From: Octopus sinensis | Taxonomy: Eukaryota | DNA: 64,000 bases | Reading direction: 5' to 3' | NCBI RefSeq assembly: GCF_006345805.1 | Contig: NC_043000.1 | Coordinates: 144,708,001-144,772,000 of the forward strand | In this document: positions 53,414 through 64,000 of the stretch, in pieces | Layout: each line of letters opens with the position of its first letter | Numbering within the stretch: position 1 is the first letter of the stretch | Translations under genes and position numbers: made by a program | The notes under the pieces: generated by a model | The model's database searches: none | Seen by the model: only the letters and a program-made list of their open reading frames with translations | What the model was told of the DNA's origin: nothing

Positions 53414-53416
<3 letters not shown>
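53057..53416. repeat. Fold-back cassette (>100 bp arms) with two inverted HHR 3' halves
   Basis: 53098-53197 pairs with about 53318-53416. Inner arms 53221-53243 and 53283-53307 read GACGAAAGCTCTA (minus) and GACAAAAGCGCTA (plus). Confidence 0.85.
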
Positions 53417-53465
<49 letters not shown>

Positions 53466-53808
53466 GTGTGTGGTAAGTAGCTTGCTAACCACCACACGGT
53501 TGCGGGTTCAGTCCCACTGCGTGGCATCTTGGGCAAGTGTCTTCTGCTATAGCCCCGGGCCGACCAATGCCTTGTGAGTGGATTTGGTAGACGGAAACTG
53601 AAAGAAGCCTGTCGTATATATGTATATATATGTATATGTGTGTGTGTTTGTGTGTCTGTGTTTGTCCCTCTAGCATTGCTTGACAACCGATGCTGCTGTG
53701 TTTAGGTCCGCGTCACTTAGCGGTTCGGCAAAAAAAAGAGACCGATAGAATATGTACTAAAAAAAGGTGGTGCTCCAGCATGGCCGCAGTCAAATGACTG
53801 AAACAAGT

Positions 53809-53822
<14 letters not shown>
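53466..53822 (+). mobile_element. SINE family A (5'-clipped, internal deletion)
   Basis: Aligns with 59582-59993. Confidence 0.92.
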
Positions 53823-53845
<23 letters not shown>

Positions 53846-54272
53846 TGTAAATAAGATTGACAAGAGGGACTCCGGCTAGACAGTTACTTTTTAATCACTA
53901 CACTTGTTCCCATTTATATATGCGTGTGCATGCGTGTGTGTGTGTTTTACATAATTAATGCAGACGCAAACTTCATTTTAGATGTTATTGCGCGAATTCC
54001 TAATATATAACATTGTCGCATATCTACCCTTAGTCTGTATGAGTAACGTGGCAGTTGCGCACCCGCGCAATTGATGTGGTGCAAGTATTGATGATAGTGA
54101 GCAATAATGATGTGACGACGGTGCCAGTGATGCTGATCATATTCATGTTGTTCACGCCGTGCGACATACACTTCAAATAAGTGTGCGTGTATGTACCTGT
54201 GATTCATGGGTGTGTGTATGAAGCATAAATGTACGTGCGTATATGTATGTATATATATACATAATATATATA

Positions 54273-54313
<41 letters not shown>

Positions 54314-55109
54314 TTATATACACATGTGTGTGCATGTACAATATATATATATATATATATACACCTGTGTGTGCATGTACAATGTGTATATTTATATATA
54401 TTTATATATATATATATGTTGTCGGCAAACAATTATTTCGTCAATGATGATGACGGTAAAATAATCAATGATCACGATTCATTTTCTTTGTGAGAAATAT
54501 AAACCTGGATTCGAAAATAGGTAACTCCCATTTAAATTCCTGCAACAGCAGCTATTGATTGTTCTTATCACGGATAAAAGCTGACAAGATTGGCCAGTAT
54601 TTTTGAACTGAAGATTATGATAAGAGGAACTTCAAGGATGATTATAAAAATTTATCAGTAATTTTATGACACATTCTTTAACTTTAATAGCATGCGAGAA
54701 ATAAAGTCATTCACACATAAGTATACATTACACAATACGCACAATAACACATCAATGGAATTCCAGGAATCTAAGCAGCTTAGTTTTAAATCATTATTGC
54801 AGTAAATTTTTGTTTGTATAATTTTTATATATTCTTTTTTTTATCCTTGTTATCTTCAAACACAAAAGGACTAAATTCAATTATATGGTGCTCACAACAC
54901 ACACGTCGTTTCACATACACGCATACACGTCTAATGCAAACTCACATATATACGAGCACACGCACAGGCACACACATATAGAGATGTAGTTTTATATATG
55001 TTGTATACTTACGTGCATTTGGAGGTGCATGTGAATGTAATTCACACACACGCAGGCACAAACGCAACCACTCACACACATACGTGTCTGTCTGTGTGCT
55101 TCTGTGTAA

Positions 55110-55113
<4 letters not shown>

Positions 55114-55162
<49 letters not shown>

Positions 55163-55339
55163 ATATATATATATATAATATATGTATATATACAAATATG
55201 TAATATATATATACATATATATATAAAATATATATATAATATATGTATATGTATATATATATATGTATATATGTATATATATATACATGTATATATATAT
55301 GTATATATATATAAATGTATATATATATATATGTATTTA

Positions 55340-55371
<32 letters not shown>

Positions 55372-55449
55372 CATGTATATATATAGTATATATATATAAA
55401 TGTATATATATATATATGTATTTATATATATATATATATATATATATAG

Positions 55450-55484
<35 letters not shown>

Positions 55485-55485
55485 T
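55114..55485. repeat. Long degenerate (TA)n microsatellite
   Basis: Direct reading; includes a repeated higher-order unit atatataaatgtatatatatatatatgtattt. Confidence 0.95.
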
Positions 55486-56217
55486 TAATCATATGCAATA
55501 ATATACTAGGAAGAGATGTTGAAAGAGAGAAAGAGAAATTCAGAGAAAAGTACGTTCAAACTTAATTGTCAATTTAGATTCATATCAATAATAACTAGAA
55601 GTTTTGTATTCACATAATTTTGTATATTATTTTTATATCTGTTTTGTTTGTTTTCCTGTATCACAATGGCACATTTATTCCTTGGGTAATATAAAATCGC
55701 GCTAGATGATTTCACAAAGACATCCCTCCAGTAAATGCTAATGTATACTTCGAGTAACATTTGAAGCAGTGTACAATAGAGGTGCAAAATGTACTTCTCT
55801 CAAATGCATATGGAATTTGGTAGCAACTATTTATGAATGAACCAACTCATTCACTTCACCTGGTGATTTATATATAAGCGAGAACCTACATTTTGCAAAC
55901 GGTTTTCATGGTCTTCAGTTTCGGTATTCACTCCAATTTTCGAAACTCTATAATGTGTTACACAAATTTGTTTTTAATCAACTGGCCGTCTGCTTTATGA
56001 AGAATATCATGCATTCAGTTAGCTGCACCATGCCCATACATATTCCGACATGATGTATTTAATTGCATGGTGTTATGTACATATCTCGATGTTGCATAGT
56101 CTATTGACTTTTTCGCTCGTTCGTGTTTGTAAAAACGTACAAAATATTTATATTATTGTTGTTCTTTAGATAAATTGTTCCAAACAGTTAGTACCAATGA
56201 AGCAGGTGGTTGGGAGA

Positions 56218-56624
56218 CTCTCTTTACTTTCTCTTTACTCTTTTACTTGTTTCAGTCATTTGACTGCGGCCATGCTGGAGCACCGCCTTTAATCGAGCAA
56301 CTCGACCCCGGGACTTATTCTTTGTAAGCCCAGTACTTATTCTATCATTCTCTTTTGCCGAACTGCTAAGTGACGGGGACATAAACACACCAGCATCGGT
56401 TGTCAGGCAATGCTAGGGGGACAAACACAAACATACACGCACACATATATATATACATATATACGACGAGCTTCTTTCAGTTTCCGTCTACCAAATCCAC
56501 TCACAAGGCTTTGGTCGGCCCGAGGCTATAGTAGAAGACACTTGTCCAAGGTGCCACGCAGTGGGACCGAAACCGTAACCATGTGGTTGGTAAACAAGCT
56601 ACGTACGACACAGCCACTCCTGCG
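56218..56624 (-). mobile_element. SINE family A, full length
   Basis: Reverse complement of 59582-59993. Confidence 0.95.
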
Positions 56625-57393
56625 AACGTTGGACAATATCCCGATTTTATATTTAGTTATAGTAATCTACTCTCTGAACTCAAAATCTACCGCGGTCAAC
56701 TTTTTCCTTTCATCTAACCAGTGTAAATCAAAGAATTTAACAATGAGTGAATCAATGGAGTCGACTTTCCTCCTTGACCTAATTTCAGATCTTCGTTTTA
56801 CGTTATTAACCTTCAATATGATGGCAGTGACTTTCTCAAATATGATAAACGTGACAGGCTAGAACCTCTGTTTAATTTGCTTTCTGAATAGAAAATTTGC
56901 AAAGGTGACATATATTCTTTTATCTTTTCATGGGTCATAAAATGAAAAATCAGGTGAGTAGCATTCCCAATGTTTTCTTATATATTTTTTCTATAATTTA
57001 TGTCATGTTTCCTTCATTATCATTTGTTGTATAACACACTGGATAGACTATAGTATGAAATATGTTCCCTTTTATTCTCTTTGTATTTCATACCACGATA
57101 ATAAATAAAAGGTATTAGACAAATATATTGGCCTCGGTATCACATGCTATTCAGCCTCTTTAAAAATCTGGTATCCTAAGCCTAGATTTCTAAAACCACT
57201 ATCATTGTAACTTAGACGTTGCTGTATTGATGGCGTTCTATGCGTGACATCAGCGTATCTCTTTTACTGTGTATCTGTTGCGTCTAAAATGATGCACTAC
57301 GTTTAATGCACATATGTTTTCTCGTATTCTCTGTGAGTTGTGTATCTCAATTAGATTTTTTCGTTAGTGTTCTAAAGATCTCACAAGCACAGT

Positions 57394-57761
57394 GGAGGCG
57401 CAGTGAAGTAGTGGTTAGGGCAGCGGACTCGCGGTCATAGGATTGTGGTTTCAATTCCCAAATCGGACGTTGTGAGTGTTTATTGAGCGAAACGCCTATA
57501 TCCCCACGAGACAGGGTGGTGATGGCGAACCCTGCTGAATTCTTTCACCAGAACTTTCACTCTTTCTTCCTGTTTCTATTATACCTGTGTTTCAAAGGGC
57601 CAGCCTTGTCACACACTGTGTCACGCCGAATCTCCCCGAGAACTACGTTAAGGGTACACGTGTTTGTGGAGTCCTCAGTCACTTACACGTTAATTTCACG
57701 AGCAAGCTGTTCCGTTGATCAGATCACCTGGAACCCTCGTCGTCGAAAGCAAAGGAGTGCC
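57394..57761 (+). mobile_element. tRNA-derived SINE (family C3)
   Basis: tRNA-like head agtggttagggcagcggactcgcggtc..ggtttcaattccc; 3' tail tttcaaagggccagccttgtcac...accctcgtcgtc shared with 52209. Confidence 0.85.
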
Positions 57762-57809
57762 ACGTCACAAGCACAGACCTCTTTAACATCACTTGTGCTC
57801 TTCTTACAG

Positions 57810-59035
57810 TATCACCATACATATACCAACATGAAGTATTCAATTGCATGGCGTTTTCTACATATATGGGCGATGTCTAGACTATGTACTTTTTCGCTCC
57901 TTCATGGTTTAAAAACGAACTAAATATTTTTGTTATTGTTGCTCTATAGTTCCTATTGTTTGTGAATAATGCAACTGTTGAATATATGGTGGATTTATGT
58001 TGGCCTCTGTTTACTCATTGTTTATGATTATCAGTTTTACTATACCTATCTTTGTTCTGTGTTAGCAGGAATTTAATGAACCTCTCCCATTGCTAGACAG
58101 GTATTGTATTAATTTTTAAATCTTTCCCCATTCCCCGCCAACTTTATCATTATTACTTGCAAATGCAATCTGGATTTTTTCCATCCATATTGATATTATT
58201 GTACTCAAGGCTTTGTATATCGTGGCTGCACATCTAATAGTTTTAATGTGCCTTCGGCTTCAGATGTCTTTCATTTGTGGGAAATAATATACCTGTTTCT
58301 TTGATAAATTCTCTACCGCTTCAAGTGCTCCCAGCCAATTCATAATTAATGCCGCCAGGCAAGCACTACATAAGGGATTCAATTTACTCATATAATTAGG
58401 AATCCATGATTCCTAGTGCTTTGCAATTATTTTGGTTTTGTTTATTACCTAACTCTTAAATTGTCAGAACTATTCTCAGTTGTTCAAATACTGTATTTGC
58501 TCCTTCAAAGATTCCAGTCCATGGCAATCTATTTGCTATGCAATTGATGTTGACTCTGCTTTTATTTATAATTAATTGTACCCAATTTTGGAACCCATTT
58601 TGAGTTAGGATCGAATTATTTGCTATATCCAAAAAACCAACATCGTTTATAAAACGATGACATTTTTGGGTATAGCTTGGATAAATACATTATTCTGTTT
58701 CTGTGTGTATTTCGTTTGGTATTTCTTATTCTCTCGTTCAATCACATCTCGTCTAATAATTTACCTTCGCGGTAATTGTTTTAATTCTTTCGTTTTCTAT
58801 TTTGGAAACGTTCCCATATTTTGTAAATATTGTAACTGTCGAATACATGAGTTGATTTATTTCGGTCTCTGCTTGTTCGTGGTTTATGATTATCAATTTT
58901 ACTCTACATATTTTTGTTCTGTGTTATCAGGATTTAATAAACGTCTACTAATGTTAGGTAGTATATTAATTTTGAAATCATTCCCCATTCCCCCAACCCA
59001 ATTTATCTCTATTACTTGCAAAAGCAAGCTTTTGA
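57810..59035 (-). mobile_element. Highly decayed non-LTR RT remnant, possibly R4/Dong clade, with internal duplication
   Basis: Minus strand: KQNNVF; KALGI..IPNY; YYFPQMKD..IKTIRCAATIYKALSTII (PK..YRPITCLxTIYK-like). 57950-58180 is a diverged repeat of 58810-59030. Confidence 0.45.
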
Positions 59036-59109
59036 TATGACAGTCTCATACATACATAGATTCTTCCGCACACATGTTTATATAGACATATATATATATA
59101 TATATATAT

Positions 59110-59292
59110 TTAATCCAAACAAGAAAACACAAAACAGCACAACGCGAGGACGTGAAACAAATATAATATTATTGGACGCTCAGGAAAGAAGGGAAGAAGG
59201 AGGGTTTAACGTTTCGAGCGGAGCTCTTCGTCGGAAACATAGGAGAAGGAAAGATCCCGAGAAGGGAAGACAGAGGAAAAAAATCGCCAACG
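59110..59292 (-). mobile_element. HHR-bearing short repeat between (TA)n and (GATA)n
   Basis: Homologous to 18840-19000 and 1872-1935. Confidence 0.8.
59204..59238 (-). ncRNA. Minimal hammerhead ribozyme variant (U4C)
   Basis: Minus strand: gttt-CCGACGA-a-gagc-tcc-gctc-GAAA-cg-TT-aaac. Stems I and II are perfect; helix III is the palindrome AACGTT; GUU triplet. Confidence 0.7.
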
Positions 59293-59344
59293 ATAGATAG
59301 ATAGATAGATAGATAGATATATAGATAGATAGATATAGATATAA

Positions 59345-59401
<57 letters not shown>

Positions 59402-59581
59402 GTACACACACACAGACACATTCCAGGTTGTTTTTCTGCACCTCAGAGTCAAAACGCATTATAATATGCTTCACTGACAGATAGTACTTGCTACGATTTC
59501 TTGACTAGTATACCTTATATATACACGCTAGATGTATTCTTTTCTTATTTTTCCTTAGTGAAATATTTATTTTCTTGTGGT

Positions 59582-59993
59582 AGGCGCAGGAGTGGCTGTG
59601 TGGTAAGTAGCTTGCTAACCAACGACATGGTACCGGGTTCAGTCCCACTGCGTGGCATCTTGGGCAAGTGTCTTCTACTATAGCCTCGGGCCGACCAATG
59701 CCTTGTGAGTGGATTTGGTAGACGGAAACTGAAAGAAGCCTGTCGTATATATGTATATATATATATGTATGTGTGTATGTTTGTGTGTCTGTGTTTGTGC
59801 CCCTAGCATTGCTTGACAACCGATGCTGGTGTGTTTACGTCCCCGTCACTTAGCGGTTCGGCAAAAAGAGACCGATAGAATAAGTACTGGGCTTACAAAG
59901 AATAAGTCCCGGGGTCAATTTGCTCGACTAAAGGCGGTGCTCCAGCATGGCCGCAGTCAAATGACTGAAACTAGTAAAAGAAAAAAAGAAAAG
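59582..59993 (+). mobile_element. tRNA-derived SINE family A, full length
   Basis: A box tggctgtgtggtaag, B box gggttcagtccc, internal TA/TG microsatellite, A-rich tail; at least six copies or fragments in the window. Confidence 0.95.
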
Positions 59994-60556
59994 TGCTAAA
60001 TCTTCATGGCTTGTAAATCTCACTTTCACGCACATAGAATTAAGACGACGAATACTGTTTATAAACCAATTATTGATCAGTAGTCCATAAATTTTTAACA
60101 GGCTTCAATTCATACAATAATTTCCAGATAGATTTATTGTGATTGAACCGTTACTGTATTTTGCCACTCATTCCTTAATAATCTCGTATGTGTTTCGATT
60201 ATCTTCAGGCATTCTTATTACATATACTTTCATATTATTTTACTTTCTGTTATTCATGAGTCACACAGTGTTATCACTTTATGTGCCTCTATAATGTTGT
60301 GGAAATAGTTTCATATAACTTATTGTTATGACTGAACAGAACACGTTTTTGAAAACATATTTTGTTCGCAACGATTTTTAAAACGATTATTACAACGCCT
60401 TTCATACCCAGAATATCTTTCCTTTAATATATGTCTTTGAATATTATCGTTTTGTGCAATCGCTTGCATGTGATATTTATTCGTTTCTATATTGCGAAGT
60501 TACCTTAGGTGATTCCGATGCTGTTTTCCATTTGCATACTTTATTGCTTTTTCACT

Positions 60557-60570
60557 CTTTATTATTATTA

Positions 60571-60625
<55 letters not shown>

Positions 60626-60642
60626 CATTATTATCATTATTA

Positions 60643-60676
<34 letters not shown>

Positions 60677-60736
60677 CATTATCATTACTATTATTACTAT
60701 CATCATCATCATCATTATTATTATTATTATTATTAA

Positions 60737-60767
<31 letters not shown>

Positions 60768-60797
60768 ATTATTATTATTTATTATTATTATTATTAT
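60557..60797. repeat. (ATT/ATC)n microsatellite
   Basis: Direct reading. Confidence 0.95.
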
Positions 60798-60799
60798 AA

Positions 60800-60983
60800 C
60801 AGGCAGCGATCTGACAGAATCGTTAGCACACTGGACCAAAAGGCTTAGCGGCATTTTGTTTGGTTTCCGTTCTGAGTTTACATTCCGGGAACGGTAAACT
60901 AAGTACCAGTTGATCACTGCGGCAATATAATCCGCTAAACTTCTTCTACAAAATTTCAGGCCTTGTACTTATAGTAGAAAGGA
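60800..60983 (+). mobile_element. Degenerate SINE family B
   Basis: aggcagcgatctgacagaatcgttagcac...cgttctgagtt...taagtaccagttga. Confidence 0.75.
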
Positions 60984-61499
60984 ATGAGTTAGTTGGCAAC
61001 AGATGCCAATATGGAATATTTATGAGAAAATATCTCTCCTCAATATCTGAAGTAGACAAAACACACTGCTTGGATATGTAGAATCATTACTTTCATTCCC
61101 TGAATTGTATATTTCTTTACATTTAATAACGTGTCATTCGTCGTACTTTGAGACAATTTGCACAAATTACAAATGAAAACAAGAAGTATGCATTTTTTGT
61201 AAACTAATCAAAGTATTCATATAAACGTAAACTTAAGTAAACATAATAAAAACACACACAAACAAAATCGCACAAACATATAGATGTGTTGGTATCACAA
61301 TATAAGTAATGAATTACTTATATTACGACGTCGATGTAAACAACGTGAAATTGAGATGAAGTACGTCGGCAAACATACAAACCTTACGCAAAAAAGACAA
61401 AATATATGGTAGGGAATTGTTATTGCTCCTCCATGTTTGAGAAGAACCGAGACACGGAAGGAACTGTTGCAACGCTGTGTTACGATTTCACCTTTCCAG

Positions 61500-61670
61500 A
61501 GAAACATATTTGAAAGCATAGTACAAAAAATACCCCTACCTACATGTGGAGTGATACTTGTATACCTTCAAATAATTATTGTTATAAGGGATTTCAGTCA
61601 CCGTTACAACCATTAACCAAAGTAAATCAAAAGGGAATTTCAACCTGCTTTTCAAGACCGAGACAGAATG
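61500..61670 (+). other. Candidate spliced exon of an unidentified host gene
   Basis: Acceptor-like tttcacctttccag at 61499, consensus donor ATG|gtaagt at 61670/61671, and an open frame from ATG 61544 to the donor (42 codons). No recognisable homology. Confidence 0.25.
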
Positions 61671-63507
61671 GTAAGTGGAAATTATATACGATACATTTAT
61701 TTATCGATTCCTGCATCAAATTATGGGGCAAATTTGTGGGGACATTAGTTTGGTATCAACCCTGATCTTTCAGATTTGTAAATCTATATTACACGTGTGG
61801 TAAGTGAAGAATCGATAAAACACTGTAGGTAGCTAGATGAGTCAGCATGCATTTCTATCTCCCTATGACAGCTCAAAACCACGGAAATATTGTAAATACT
61901 ACCTCTATTATATGCACTGAAACAAAAACTATGACAGTAAAGTTGCATGATAAAAGGGCGAGCGCTTATACTGTTATGCAGGAAGAATAAATTCATTGTT
62001 TTCTATCGCAAGAGTAGACGACCGGTGCAATAGAGACGACAGGTGAAGGAGTCGATATTTTAGCGGTGGTAGGGGAGAGAGGATTTGAGGATGAGAGACA
62101 CACATAACAGAACGGGTACTAGCAAATCTGTGACAACGACAATACACAAAAGCAGCAGCTCATTCATTGTCTCAAAAGGGCAGTTTGATCTTAGATAAAA
62201 GTTCCTTGCTGTCTTTATGGTAGCATTTTTTCCTTTCCATTAAAAAGCACTCTGAGTATAATAAAACAGAGACCATCATAACATTTGTTTAAATTTAAAT
62301 TTCTATTTTAAAGTGTGATCGAAGAAATATCTAAAGTTGTCTAAAGCATTCTACTATGTTTCGAAATCAATATTATGTTTAATTTCATGTTTGGTGTTGT
62401 GATCCCGAAATTGTAGAGTTATAGATAAAATGGTATTTAGTTGCGTCAATTTTCAGTTAGGTTTTCAAAGATGTCGAGATCAATGATCCCAAATTTCACT
62501 GCTTATTTCTAACTCGCTAACCAAAAATAAAAATATATCATATACTTATCAATTAAAATTATCAGAAATTTCATTAGGGTGTTTACGATATTGAATTGCA
62601 TGACCGGCAATGTAAAGGGTCAGACGTATAACATACCTGTATAGGTTTTCAGCTCAAGTAAGGCACAATCTGGTTTGAGCTTCATATACCGAGGAAGATG
62701 ATAATTTTAACTATTATTGCACTGATTAAACTGTCGTAATTTCCCAGCAATTTTGCAGTTATATGCGTTTAAAAGTTGATAAATTCTTTATTAACACTAT
62801 TTCTAATGTGCGCCATTTTGTCAGTTTTCATAATGGCTCTCAGCTATATGTGACTCTTCCTATGGTAAACATAATGGCATATTCTATCTGGTTTTCTTTT
62901 AAATATATATTAAATACTATCATGTAAGAAGAAGGCTGGACACATTTTAATAAACAATTAGTTGTTTACCATTTTCGAAGATATTCTGCAATAAAAAGCA
63001 CTCTTTCTCCGCCAAAAGAAGTTAAGCTTTGAAGCTTATCTCTTTCTAAGGAAACTTGTGTAGGCCTATATTAACACAGATATACCATCCATGTTGATGG
63101 TCGCACATAACTTGTGCTAATAAAAATAATTTACTTTGTTGAACTATGGACCCTCTCTGGGGAATAAATCTCTAGAAATGTTTAAGTTCAACCTAGAAAC
63201 TATATCTTAATAGAACTAAAACATATTGTATTGTGTAATAGGAATGATAGGTCAATAACTTTTACGATGTTATTTTGACTACCCTGTTTTATATCAATCG
63301 TATTGAGAGCATTTGATTTTTGAATATCTGCATGTCATCAATATTCGTAAAATTTAATACTGAGACAAATGCAGTAAGTTACTGTTCCTATATTTAGTAA
63401 TATATCTATGAGTTAATTTCAAAAGTTACTTTCAGAATAATTTCGTGTAAGCATGTAACAAACATTTTATAAAGAGGCACGCAATAATTCTCTCCTATTT
63501 TACCTCT

Positions 63508-63838
63508 TGATAATAATAATGATGATAATAATGATGATGATAATGATGATGATAATGATGAGGATAATGATGATCATGATGATGATGATGATGATAATGA
63601 TAATGATGATAATGATGATGATGCTAATGATGATGATTATAATGATGATGATAATAATGGTGATGATAATGATGATGATAATGATGATGATAATGATGAT
63701 GATAACGATGATGATAATGATGATAATGATGATGATAATGATGATAATGATAATGATGATGATAATGATGATGATGATAATGATGATGATGATGATGATG
63801 ATAATGATGATGATAATGATGATGATGATGATGATGAT
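63508..63838. repeat. Compound (GAT/AAT)n microsatellite
   Basis: Direct reading. Confidence 0.95.
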
Positions 63839-63839
63839 A

Positions 63840-63945
63840 TGGCACACTAGGCATAACATCAATACGAACTTCCTACCTGTTGCCTCTTGAGGTGTCTGGG
63901 TGAGACTTGGTGCCAACATGTACAAATATAAAGCAAAAGTCAAAC

Positions 63946-64000
<55 letters not shown>
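63840..64000 (+). mobile_element. Non-LTR retrotransposon 3' UTR fragment followed by (AAT)n, R4/Dong-like
   Basis: About 110 nt unique island embedded in trinucleotide repeats and ending directly in (AAT)n. Dong-type elements are known to target TAA repeats; the family call is an inference. Confidence 0.4.

Noticed and set aside
745-63943. Many ORFs rich in YI, CV, HT, poly-I, poly-L or poly-M
   Set aside because: They are translations of TA, CA/TG and trinucleotide microsatellites, not genes.
1-64000. CRISPR array, rRNA or prokaryotic operon
   Set aside because: No regularly spaced repeat-spacer units, rRNA motifs or gene-dense organisation; the sequence is clearly eukaryotic and repeat-rich.

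Overview
AT-rich, repeat-dense eukaryotic DNA, most likely an octopus (coleoid cephalopod) intron or intergenic region; the taxon is inferred from the tRNA-derived SINE families and the very dense (TA)n, (CA)n and (AAT)n microsatellites. No intact host gene is evident, and nearly all ORFs in the track are microsatellite read-through. The window is a graveyard of mobile elements: several Penelope-like element (PLE) remnants (RT and GIY-YIG), three decayed mariner transposases, a hAT-like transposase, RTE, CR1 and R4/Dong-like LINE fragments, a non-autonomous Helitron, a long-TIR MITE and many SINE copies. Two linked signals stand out. First, there are about eight type-I hammerhead ribozyme (HHR) motifs or half-motifs from unrelated families, including one with an intact core (14780-14845, minus) and one with a compensatory G3:C8 core swap (27856-27899, minus). 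Second, six short cassettes with no shared sequence have the same layout: (TA)n, one arm, a fold-back, a second arm of different length, (TA)n. In two the fold-back point lies in or beside an HHR, and a third is inferred to. PLE-associated HHRs are known; the idea that the ribozyme structure sets the fold-back point is my inference. All alignments, translations and folds were done by eye, so boundaries are approximate.
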